Below, in pieces: positions 29,795 to 38,319 of a stretch of 64,000 bases of DNA. Position 1 is the stretch's first letter. Each line of letters opens with the position of its first letter. The stretch lies in NCBI GenBank assembly GCA_045645365.1, contig JAZRIR010000008.1, positions 8,912-72,911 of the forward strand, given 5' to 3'. Source of the stretch: Clostridia bacterium (GTDB lineage Bacteria; Bacillota; Clostridia; UBA1381). The notes under the pieces are model-generated. The model saw nothing but the letters and a program-made list of their open reading frames with translations, was not told the DNA's origin and searched no databases. Made by a program: the position numbers and the translations under genes.

Positions 29795-31039
29795 TTATAC
29801 GACACTGATGGGAATTTTTGCTCCCCATTGGTAGCATAATTCTGCTATCTCATTCCAATACTGCTGGAATTCTGGTGATAAGTTGTTTATAATGTCGAGA
29901 ATTTTGACTTCGGTTTCTTCTAATTCATAAATTTCTTTTTCAAGCGTTTCACTTGAATTTTCTAGATTTTTTATTAATTCTTTTTTTTGGTTTATATCAC
30001 TCTGTATTTCATTATTAAGGATTTTTTTATGAAATTTGGTAAAGGTGTTTCTTACCCCCGATAACAATCTTTGTTTTGGATTAGATTGTGTTGATGTACA
30101 AAATTCCTCTAAAACGGCAGCTAAAGTAGTACCACGTAAATACTTTGGAATTGAAGCGGTCAGATTGATTAAATCTTCAACAGTAAAATCTTCGGTTAAC
30201 AAATCATTTAACTGATTTCTTATATATTTTTTAACTTGGACATCATCAATTTTCAATCCACTCTTTATGTCACCATACAAATATGTTTCTTTACTCTGGT
30301 TGAATATATCTACTAGAATTGAATAGTGCTTTTTTTGGCTCGATTCTGTTTCCAAATAGTAATATATATAAGGAGGTATGAGATTCTCTCTTTCTCTAAC
30401 ATTCAGAATATGCATAGTTGTTACGTGCTCTCTAAAATATTTTTCATGAATATTCTCTAGTTCTAGTGCTGTTTTCCCTAAATTTGAACATTCGTTGACT
30501 TTATCGCTATCAGCTATAACCAAGCAAGGACTAGAATTAGATTCTAGATTTTCCAAATAAGTTTCGCTTATGTTTATTCCGCCGCCATTTATGTTTTCAA
30601 AACCTAATTCCCAGCTTAGGTTTTTTTGATTCATTATGAATTTAGTGAGAGAAGCATAAAACTTGCAATCTGATAAATCTTCACAAATTAATTTGGTTTT
30701 TTGGAGATTTGCAGAATCACTAAGAAATTTTATAGGAACATCGTAGATGTTTTTTGTTGTAGACGATAAAAGTATTTTGTCGTTGTTGCTCATAACTCTT
30801 ATATATGTATTAAAATTTTTTTTGATAGCTCCATATTGTGTGATTTTTGAAGCTAATTTTTTGAAGATTCTTTTGTTATATGAATCTAGTTGTTTGATTT
30901 TAGACAATTTTCTAAATAGATTTCTAGAAGCATAAACTATGTGCCTATTATTTATTGCACATTCCGCAATGTTTTGTAATGCTCTAATCGTCAAATCGTT
31001 TATTTCGTCTAGTATATTATCATCTAAAACTATAAGCAT
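29795..31039 (-). CDS. Toprim/DUF4435-like (OLD-type) putative nuclease partner of the upstream ATPase, with a C-terminal coiled coil
   Basis: 414 aa. Motifs in the order of OLD/DUF4435 Toprim domains: LICEDLSDCKFY (Glu motif), CLVIADSDK (DxD), HILNVRERENLIP (the …ENyl motif). It starts 6 nt after the ATPase stop. Confidence 0.5.
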   Translation of the reverse strand: MLIVLDDNILDEINDLTIRALQNIAECAINNRHIVYASRNLFRKLSKIKQLDSYNKRIFKKLASKITQYGAIKKNFNTYIRVMSNNDKILLSSTTKNIYDVPIKFLSDSANLQKTKLICEDLSDCKFYASLTKFIMNQKNLSWELGFENINGGGINISETYLENLESNSSPCLVIADSDKVNECSNLGKTALELENIHEKYFREHVTTMHILNVRERENLIPPYIYYYLETESSQKKHYSILVDIFNQSKETYLYGDIKSGLKIDDVQVKKYIRNQLNDLLTEDFTVEDLINLTASIPKYLRGTTLAAVLEEFCTSTQSNPKQRLLSGVRNTFTKFHKKILNNEIQSDINQKKELIKNLENSSETLEKEIYELEETEVKILDIINNLSPEFQQYWNEIAELCYQWGAKIPISVV

Positions 31040-31045
31040 TAAATA

Positions 31046-32638
31046 TTATGCCTCCTCAAAAAAGTCAATTGGCCATTCTTCCAAATAACCATCTTTATTA
31101 AACGCAACGTGTCTAATACAGCTTTCAAGACCTGTTGGTTGTTCAATCAACAACACATTTATACTATCTGGGCTTATATTCTTACTTTCAATCTGAAATC
31201 CAATTTGATTGATAATAGTTTCACTATGTGTTTCCAAAAAGAATTTTATATTTTTGTTGTGGGAAATGACATTCAATATTACCTTTAATAACTGTACTTG
31301 CATTTTAGGATGTAGATGCAATTCTGGCTGTTCAATAACAATTTGTACTTCATCTGAATTTTTTTTGTGTATATTTTTCCATAGAATTAATATTATTGGG
31401 AGGATTTGGGAATAACCAAATCCTGCATCTGCAATATTCGTTTCTATGTTATCATTAAGTAGTTTTACTGATACATGTTCTTCTATTATCTTTGTAGTAA
31501 TTTCAAAGCCAAAATTGTCATGTAGCCAATTGTTAAATTGAGAGAGTTCTTTTCGGCTCATACTCTGTAATATCATAGGAACGTTTTCGCCTCTAGCATC
31601 TACTTCTTGTATATTTAAACCTTGCCTTCGATAATACCGTTCAGCTGTTGCTCTAACAGGTGCAATATATTTAACGTTTTTGAAATAATTAGATAAATAA
31701 GCGTTGCAAGCATCAATTACATCTGGCATTAAAGTTTTAATGATATAAATAGATATTTGTTCTTTATGTAGTTTTATTTCTTCTAATATATCAGATATTG
31801 TTTTTTTGTTTAATTTTTTATAATTAGTAACGTCAAAAATCAAACTTATACCCTGATGTTTAGCTTTTGATAAGAAAGCTTCGATATTCTTATATTTTAG
31901 CTCAAAATTTAATTCATTTTTTAACAAGTACTCATATGTAGATATTGCATAAAAATGATTTTCGTCGGGCACCTTGCATCTATCGAAAACTTTTATAAGC
32001 AATGATATCAACTCATCTTTTAGTAAAGTTTTTTCAAGAGATTTCTCATAGTTAATCAATGCTCGCATCAGTAAATAAACAAATTCGTTATTATCTGAGT
32101 TTATTTTGGGAATAATATTACCAAATTCATCATCGTTTCCAATTTTAAATTTTTTAGTATATTTGTTATTAATATTTAAAACTGCAAAATTTGTGTTTCT
32201 ATTAAAAGCAATTTCGGTTTCAACGCCAAACACATTAATATATATCTTCTTTATTTCGTCTTTTTCGATATATATTTTTATTTTCATTTTCACACTTGCC
32301 TTTTCATTAGGCTTTATCATAAAAGGAAGAAAACCATATGCTAATTCTTTGTCAAAGTAATTTATGGTTGTACTAAAATCAAATGAAAAGCATATGGTAT
32401 CAGAATCAGGTTGAAATTTTGATTTGCTTTCATTATATCCTCCAAAATCGACATATCTACCATACCATAATATAGGTTCGGATAGCTTGGTTTCCAATGT
32501 TTGTTTGAATAGAGGGAAAACTCTCGCTAAAGTGCTTTTACCGCTACTGTTTTTTCCAACTGCAATTGTTAATGGTTTTAGTTCAATTTCACCAGTGTTT
32601 TTAAAGCATCTTAAGTTTTCAAGTTGTATTTTATCCAT
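31046..32638 (-). CDS. ABC-type (AAA_15/AAA_21-like) ATPase with a DUF3696-like C-terminus
   Basis: 530 aa with Walker A GKNSSGKST, ABC-signature/Walker B IVIEQPELHLHP, and H-loop ETHSE. The long insertion between Walker A and B is typical of OLD/AriA/GajA-class ATPases. Confidence 0.8.
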   Translation of the reverse strand: MDKIQLENLRCFKNTGEIELKPLTIAVGKNSSGKSTLARVFPLFKQTLETKLSEPILWYGRYVDFGGYNESKSKFQPDSDTICFSFDFSTTINYFDKELAYGFLPFMIKPNEKASVKMKIKIYIEKDEIKKIYINVFGVETEIAFNRNTNFAVLNINNKYTKKFKIGNDDEFGNIIPKINSDNNEFVYLLMRALINYEKSLEKTLLKDELISLLIKVFDRCKVPDENHFYAISTYEYLLKNELNFELKYKNIEAFLSKAKHQGISLIFDVTNYKKLNKKTISDILEEIKLHKEQISIYIIKTLMPDVIDACNAYLSNYFKNVKYIAPVRATAERYYRRQGLNIQEVDARGENVPMILQSMSRKELSQFNNWLHDNFGFEITTKIIEEHVSVKLLNDNIETNIADAGFGYSQILPIILILWKNIHKKNSDEVQIVIEQPELHLHPKMQVQLLKVILNVISHNKNIKFFLETHSETIINQIGFQIESKNISPDSINVLLIEQPTGLESCIRHVAFNKDGYLEEWPIDFFEEA

Positions 32639-32824
32639 AAAACAACCTCCTTGATTTTACAGCATTATATCACAAAATTCCTGAATTTTCAATATAATAT
32701 TAGAAAAATATTAATATTGTTTGTATAAATCCAATATTCTAATTATATATTATTTCTTTGAGTATGTATATAACATATTCCCGGCTTAACCGGCACATAG
32801 AAAAATGAAAGTGAGGATTTTTTA

Positions 32825-33937
32825 ATGAAAACAAACGAAAAAATAGTGTGCTCTGTATGTGGGATAGTCATAACAGAGGGAACAACAAAAAGCTTTGATG
32901 GTCAGAAAATGTGTGAGCATTGTTTTGATGAAAGGACAACAACTTGCGATAATTGCGGGGACAGAATATGGGGAGATAATGCAGAGGGCGATTCTAATTA
33001 TACATTATGCTCTCATTGTTACGAGTATAGTTATACAACTTGCGAGGAGTGCGGTAGGCTCATACACAATGAAGATGCTTTGTATGAAGATGGTGAGGAT
33101 TATCCTTATTGCAGAGATTGCTTTGAAAAGCTGAATGACAATTCAATAAAAAATTACAGTTATAAGCCTGAGCCGATTTTTTATGGCTCAGGCAATTTAT
33201 TTTATGGGGTTGAATTGGAAATAGACAAAGGCGGTGAAGATAACTTAAATGCACAAAAATTGATTGATATTGCAAATGAAAATGATGAAAGAATTTACTG
33301 TAAGCACGATGGCTCCATTAATAATGGATTTGAGATAGTGTCTCACCCCATGAGCCTTGAATATCACATCAATAATATGAATTGGCTTGATGTATTTGAA
33401 AAGGCTACTCAAATGGATTACCGCTCCCATAATACCTCTACTTGCGGTCTGCATATTCATTGTTCTCGCTCCGCTTTTGGAAAGGATTATGATGAACAGG
33501 AAAAGACTATCGGCAGAGTTGTATTCTTCGTTGAAAGACATTGGAATGAACTTGTTAAGTTTTCAAGACGCACACCTGAAAAACTTAACCACTGGGCAGC
33601 TAAATATGCGACCATATCCAATACAACAGAAGAAACTTATAAAAAGGCAAAGGATAAGCGTATGGGAAGATACGTAGCTGTTAATCTTGAAAATTATAAC
33701 ACAATAGAGTTTCGCTTGTTCAGAGGTACTCTCCGCTATAAAACATTTATTGCAACCTTACAGCTAGTTGATGAAATCTGCTACCAAGCAATTAATCTGT
33801 CGGATAAGGAAATGGAAGAATTGTCTTGGTCTGACTTTGTATCAAATATACTACCGAAAAAGTTTGAGCTTATAGAATACTTGAAATCAAAAAGGCTCTA
33901 TGTAAATGATGCCGTAATAGAAAGCGAGGAAATGTAA
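32825..33937 (+). CDS. amidoligase (glutamine-synthetase-like COOH-NH2 ligase, Amidoligase_2 family) with N-terminal multi-CxxC zinc ribbons
   Basis: 370 aa. The N-terminus has six CxxC pairs (CSVC…CEHC…CDNC…CSHC…CEEC…CRDC). The core has YGVELEI, HDGSINNGFEIVSHP, CGLHIHCS and IEFRLFRGT, as I recall for the amidoligase family described by Iyer et al. 2009. Confidence 0.75.
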   Translation: MKTNEKIVCSVCGIVITEGTTKSFDGQKMCEHCFDERTTTCDNCGDRIWGDNAEGDSNYTLCSHCYEYSYTTCEECGRLIHNEDALYEDGEDYPYCRDCFEKLNDNSIKNYSYKPEPIFYGSGNLFYGVELEIDKGGEDNLNAQKLIDIANENDERIYCKHDGSINNGFEIVSHPMSLEYHINNMNWLDVFEKATQMDYRSHNTSTCGLHIHCSRSAFGKDYDEQEKTIGRVVFFVERHWNELVKFSRRTPEKLNHWAAKYATISNTTEETYKKAKDKRMGRYVAVNLENYNTIEFRLFRGTLRYKTFIATLQLVDEICYQAINLSDKEMEELSWSDFVSNILPKKFELIEYLKSKRLYVNDAVIESEEM

Positions 33938-34846
33938 ATGTGTTGCTTATTTGGATTTTATAATTATAGCGGTCAGCCTATTAAGAATTTAAGTCATTTA
34001 ACAAATGCTCTCGCAGAGGAAGCAACGGTGAGAGGTACAGATGCAACGGGAATTGCCTATAACCATAAAGGTAAGCTTACTATACATAAAGAACCGAAAG
34101 CTGCTTTTCAGATTAATTTTAAGCATCCTGATGATATTGTTTCCGTTACAGGTCATACAAGGCATTCTACGCAAGGAAATAAAAACAAGAATTATAACAA
34201 TCACCCTTTTTCAGGACACTGCAAAAATATTAATTTTGCACTTGCACACAACGGTGTTTTAACCAACGATTCTAAACTGCGAAAGGAACTGCGATTACCT
34301 AATACAAAAATAGAAACCGACAGTTTTATTGCAGTTCAGCTTATCGAAAAGAATAAGATACTTAATAGCGAGAGTATAAAATTTATGTCGGAAAAGATAC
34401 GTGGAAGCTTCGCATTTTCGATTCTTGATAGCAACAACACTTTATGGCTTGTTCGTGGCGATAGTCCGCTATCACTTATACATATTCCGAGATACAAATT
34501 ATATGTATATGCTTCAACAGAAGAAATTCTTTATAAAGCATTAGTTGGGACAAAGCTTTTTGCAGAAATAAAGAAAGGAGCTTTTGAGGAACTTGAAATA
34601 AACTCCGGTGATATTTTTAATATATTAACTGACGGAACTATCGTTAATGATAAGTTTGATTATACAGACTATAGCTATTTCGGTCATTGCCAATGGTGGA
34701 ACTATAACACATCAAAAAAGAGTTACATTGATGATTTGAAATCTGTTGCTGCTTATCAGGGATATTCACCTGATGATGTGGATGCGTTACTACAAAATGG
34801 TTTTACTCCCGAAGAGGTTGAGGAATATCTGTATTGTATAGAATAA
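33938..34846 (+). CDS. class II (Ntn) glutamine amidotransferase-like protein
   Basis: 302 aa. It begins MCCLFGF… (Cys2 is the Ntn nucleophile), then has GTDATGIA, GHTRHSTQG and LAHNGVL motifs. The ATG abuts the amidoligase stop, which suggests translational coupling. Confidence 0.75.
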   Translation: MCCLFGFYNYSGQPIKNLSHLTNALAEEATVRGTDATGIAYNHKGKLTIHKEPKAAFQINFKHPDDIVSVTGHTRHSTQGNKNKNYNNHPFSGHCKNINFALAHNGVLTNDSKLRKELRLPNTKIETDSFIAVQLIEKNKILNSESIKFMSEKIRGSFAFSILDSNNTLWLVRGDSPLSLIHIPRYKLYVYASTEEILYKALVGTKLFAEIKKGAFEELEINSGDIFNILTDGTIVNDKFDYTDYSYFGHCQWWNYNTSKKSYIDDLKSVAAYQGYSPDDVDALLQNGFTPEEVEEYLYCIE

Positions 34847-34931
34847 TCGGAATTTTATAAGGAAGAATACAATGCATTATGCGTTTTACAATACATAGAA
34901 AAATGTATATAATTGTTTAAAAACGCAGGGG

Positions 34932-35192
34932 GTGGTTGCAATTGGTGTAGATGAGATTAATGCTTTAAATGAAGTATATAAAGAGATGGTTGACCTAATA
35001 GGCTATGACAATACTATGATACTTTATACATACTACAAAGGTCAGCAAATTACTTTCCCGATAAAGCTTTTTAAATCTGAATGTGTATGTGAAATGATTA
35101 AAAAGCAATATGATGGAACAAACGCAAAAAAATTAGCAAGAACTTATGGTTATTCAGAACGTTGGATAAAGGAATTGTTAAGAAATAAATAA
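34932..35192 (+). CDS. Mor-like small HTH transcription activator (tentative)
   Basis: 86 aa. …GQQITFPIKLF…YDGTNAKKLARTYGYSERWIKELL resembles the phage Mu Mor family. The start codon is uncertain. Confidence 0.45.
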   Translation: MVAIGVDEINALNEVYKEMVDLIGYDNTMILYTYYKGQQITFPIKLFKSECVCEMIKKQYDGTNAKKLARTYGYSERWIKELLRNK

Positions 35193-35234
35193 AATCGAAT
35201 ATTTCTGACAAAACAGTTAAAGGAGAAATTATCA

Positions 35235-35417
35235 ATGATAATTATAATAGCTTATTTAGCATTAGGCTATTGGGCAACAGGAAAGGTTGTTTACGCAAAT
35301 AAAGTTGTATTTTATACCGGATATACGTTTTTTATAAGAAAAGTTATGTGGGCTTTTTTCTTAGGATGGTTACTTATTCCAATAGCTATTTTAAAATTAC
35401 TTTTCGGAAAAAGATAA
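35235..35417 (+). CDS. small two-TM membrane protein
   Basis: 60 aa with two hydrophobic helices and a GGAG RBS upstream. Confidence 0.4.
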   Translation: MIIIIAYLALGYWATGKVVYANKVVFYTGYTFFIRKVMWAFFLGWLLIPIAILKLLFGKR

Positions 35418-35461
35418 AATTAACAAAATCAATTAAGAGCAAATAAGAAGGAGATATTAAA

Positions 35462-35848
35462 ATGGGAATTTTTGAAAATTTAAGTGACAGAGCGGTAGAA
35501 AAATTTGCAAAGAAAGAAACAATACGTGTTCCTTATGAACAAATTGTTGAACTTGTAAAGGAGGAATTTATAGCCGATGCAAATGATGAATTTTTACAAA
35601 AAGTTCTTAAGACCTCTAAAGGTGGAAATTTCTTCACAAGTAAGAAACTTGAATCAGCATCAGGGAGATATCTTTTGCATGTAGGAAATTTGCAAAGAGG
35701 AATAATTTTCGGAAAACGTAAATGTGTATGGATACAAGACAATGAAACGAATAAATTTTATCAGCTTGATAAAGACAGGTATTGGAAAAAGTTTTATAAA
35801 TCTACCGATGCAGCTATTAAGATGGAAAAAATCAATCGAAGCAGATAA
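35462..35848 (+). CDS. hypothetical protein
   Basis: 128 aa with a strong RBS (AGGAGA). I recognised no motif. Confidence 0.5.
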   Translation: MGIFENLSDRAVEKFAKKETIRVPYEQIVELVKEEFIADANDEFLQKVLKTSKGGNFFTSKKLESASGRYLLHVGNLQRGIIFGKRKCVWIQDNETNKFYQLDKDRYWKKFYKSTDAAIKMEKINRSR

Positions 35849-35914
35849 TCTAAAGCACTCCTTAAAGGTACACCTTTAGGAACAGTGAAAATTTAATAAA
35901 AACAAGACAAAAAA

Positions 35915-35981
35915 AGCGTGTATAAAGGTTCAGATGCAGTATAGGGATATGTCCCTATATTGACCGAGGTTTATACACGCT
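35915..35981. repeat. nested inverted repeats immediately upstream of the resolvase gene
   Basis: The outer 12-bp perfect inverted repeat is agcgtgtataaa (35915-35926) / tttatacacgct (35970-35981). It encloses an inner inverted repeat, tataggga (35940-35947) / tccctata (35952-35959). Confidence 0.7.
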
Positions 35982-36000
35982 TATATTTTGGGAGGTAGAT

Positions 36001-36594
36001 ATGAATAATAAGATTTTTTATTATGCACGAGTATCAAGCCGAGAACAAAATCTTGACAGACAGATTGAAGCTTTTAAAAAGCTCGGTGCAGATGAACGTG
36101 AAATTATATGTGATAAGGAAAGCGGAAAGGACTTTAACAGAAGCGGTTATCAGGCGCTTAAAAACACAATGCTTCGCAGTGGTGATACGTTGATTGTAAA
36201 ATCTCTTGACCGCCTTTCGAGGAATAAGAGTGATATAAAAACCGAGCTTCAATATTTTAAGGATAATAATATCCGTTTAAAAGTCATTGACCTGCCTACA
36301 ACGATGATTGATTTGCCCGAAGGACAGGAATGGGTGTTTGATATGGTTAATAACATCCTGATTGAAGTGCTTGGAACAATCGCAGAACAGGAACGGCAGA
36401 CTATTCGCAAACGGCAACGAGAAGGTATAGAGGCTGCTAAAGCAAAAGGTAAACATCTCGGCAGACCGAAGACTGTAAAGTCCGACAATTGGGATGAAGT
36501 TGTATCAGATTGGAAACGTGGAAACATAACAGCACGCCAAGCATACACAATGCTTGACGTTTCAAAATCCGTTTTTTATAGACTTGTTAAGTAA
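36001..36594 (+). CDS. small serine recombinase (resolvase/invertase)
   Basis: 197 aa with the catalytic motif YYARVSSREQNLDRQ, SLDRLSRN, and a C-terminal HTH. Confidence 0.9.
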   Translation: MNNKIFYYARVSSREQNLDRQIEAFKKLGADEREIICDKESGKDFNRSGYQALKNTMLRSGDTLIVKSLDRLSRNKSDIKTELQYFKDNNIRLKVIDLPTTMIDLPEGQEWVFDMVNNILIEVLGTIAEQERQTIRKRQREGIEAAKAKGKHLGRPKTVKSDNWDEVVSDWKRGNITARQAYTMLDVSKSVFYRLVK

Positions 36595-36784
36595 ACAGAA
36601 ATAATCATTAGAAGCTGATGTCATGTTTTGTTTTGTTGACTTATGCTAAAATTGAGAGTATAATTAGTATGGTATAAATGTGTAATTTCATTTCACGGTA
36701 ATCTCTTTTAGTCATTCGCACATCATGAAAGAGAAAAACTAATTGCTATTTGTGCTGGTACGGAGCAGCAGAATGGAGATTAAT

Positions 36785-38032
36785 ATGAAAATAGAAATTA
36801 AAAAAGAATTTAATATCCTTTCAAGAAAACAATTTGACGTAATGGTTGAAAAATTAAAAAGAGAAAAATCAAATGAAATAAGTAATACAAGCATAGAATA
36901 TATAAAAGAGCAAATCAAAAAGATATTTAAAGAATGTTGTATAGCTGCAAAGATTGCTTTCTCAGTTGAACAAACTAATGAAATAATAAATTTGATATTA
37001 TTAACTTACATTGATTTAATTATTGAAAATGATAAAAGTACATTTGAATCTATATTTCAATATGTTAGAAATATAGAACCCGAGAATTCCGATATTATAA
37101 ATGAAATAACAAAAAAATTAAAATACGGAATAAACAATTACAAATTGAATGTTTCAATATATAATCAATATGCAAAAACGAATGATTTTTTGTATTCACG
37201 TGGTAAATATCATACAAATCACGAAAGAGATAAAAAAGTTTTTAGCACAAGAATCCCTCATAATTTAATTAAGTTGGAATTTGCTGAAGCATTTTCTAAT
37301 GGATGTCTACTAATATATGAATTGATGTACAAAAACAAAAATCCATTTACAACAACACATAGAGATAAAAATAATATATTATTTTCTGCATATCAAAATT
37401 TGTGTTGCTATATGGATGAAATATGTAAATGCAGCACATCAAAAGAAATAGTATTAAAAAATGTATTTTTTTGGAAGTTTGAAAAAACATATAGGTTTGT
37501 TTTCATTTCAATTTTAGCAAAGTATATTTTTGAACAGAATATAGAAGCGTCAGCATTAAAACTACCAAAGTTATTATATAATTACTATTTTCCGTATCAT
37601 TTTAAGGATGATAACACCGGTGTTTTTTGCGGTTCGCCTATTATTTCATATTATGAGGAAATAATTAAATACTCATTTGAAACAAAAAATACTGTTTTAG
37701 ATGTTGAAGCTCTTGAAATACAAAGAGAAATGATGGCATATACATTATCAATACTTTGTGTGTTATTTCCTCCAACCGAAACAAGGTCACATAAATTATT
37801 TTATAATAGAGAAACAAATAAATTTGATTTTGATGCTGTTGGGGATTTCTTGATTAAAGACTGCAAAATACCAGTATTATTATCAGAATATAAGGAGCTT
37901 ATTGAGGAAAATATTAATAATAATTTATATGTAAAGACTATCCAAGAGCTTTTACTAAATAATGATGTTGTTGAACAAAAAATATTGAGTAATTCAGCAA
38001 AGAAAATGAAAAGCTTTAAAAAAACAAATTAA
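36785..38032 (+). CDS. hypothetical protein (415 aa), no recognisable domain
   Basis: Long ORF with a GGAGA RBS before the ATG at 36785 and its own terminator. Asn/Lys/Ile-rich. Confidence 0.6.
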   Translation: MKIEIKKEFNILSRKQFDVMVEKLKREKSNEISNTSIEYIKEQIKKIFKECCIAAKIAFSVEQTNEIINLILLTYIDLIIENDKSTFESIFQYVRNIEPENSDIINEITKKLKYGINNYKLNVSIYNQYAKTNDFLYSRGKYHTNHERDKKVFSTRIPHNLIKLEFAEAFSNGCLLIYELMYKNKNPFTTTHRDKNNILFSAYQNLCCYMDEICKCSTSKEIVLKNVFFWKFEKTYRFVFISILAKYIFEQNIEASALKLPKLLYNYYFPYHFKDDNTGVFCGSPIISYYEEIIKYSFETKNTVLDVEALEIQREMMAYTLSILCVLFPPTETRSHKLFYNRETNKFDFDAVGDFLIKDCKIPVLLSEYKELIEENINNNLYVKTIQELLLNNDVVEQKILSNSAKKMKSFKKTN

Positions 38033-38043
38033 TAAACAATTAA

Positions 38044-38085
38044 ATCAGACTGTCTCGCATAAAGCCGGGACAGTCTGATTTTTAT
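38044..38085 (+). terminator. rho-independent terminator
   Basis: atcagactgtc / gacagtctgat stem followed by T5. Confidence 0.8.
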
Positions 38086-38319
38086 ATATTTCAAAGAATA
38101 AAAATACCCAAAAACCATTGAAAACACAAGGTTTTTTCAATGCACATTTTACCTCCTGTTTTTTTATCCATTATATGCTATAGTTGATACATAATACTTT
38201 TAGGAGGTTTTCTATATGAAATAAAAAAAATAAAACTTGTACGGAAATTTTGTATTGGATTATATTAGGACAATACACAGAAAAAATGTATAACACAGTA
38301 TTTTTAGGAGGGAATCTAT

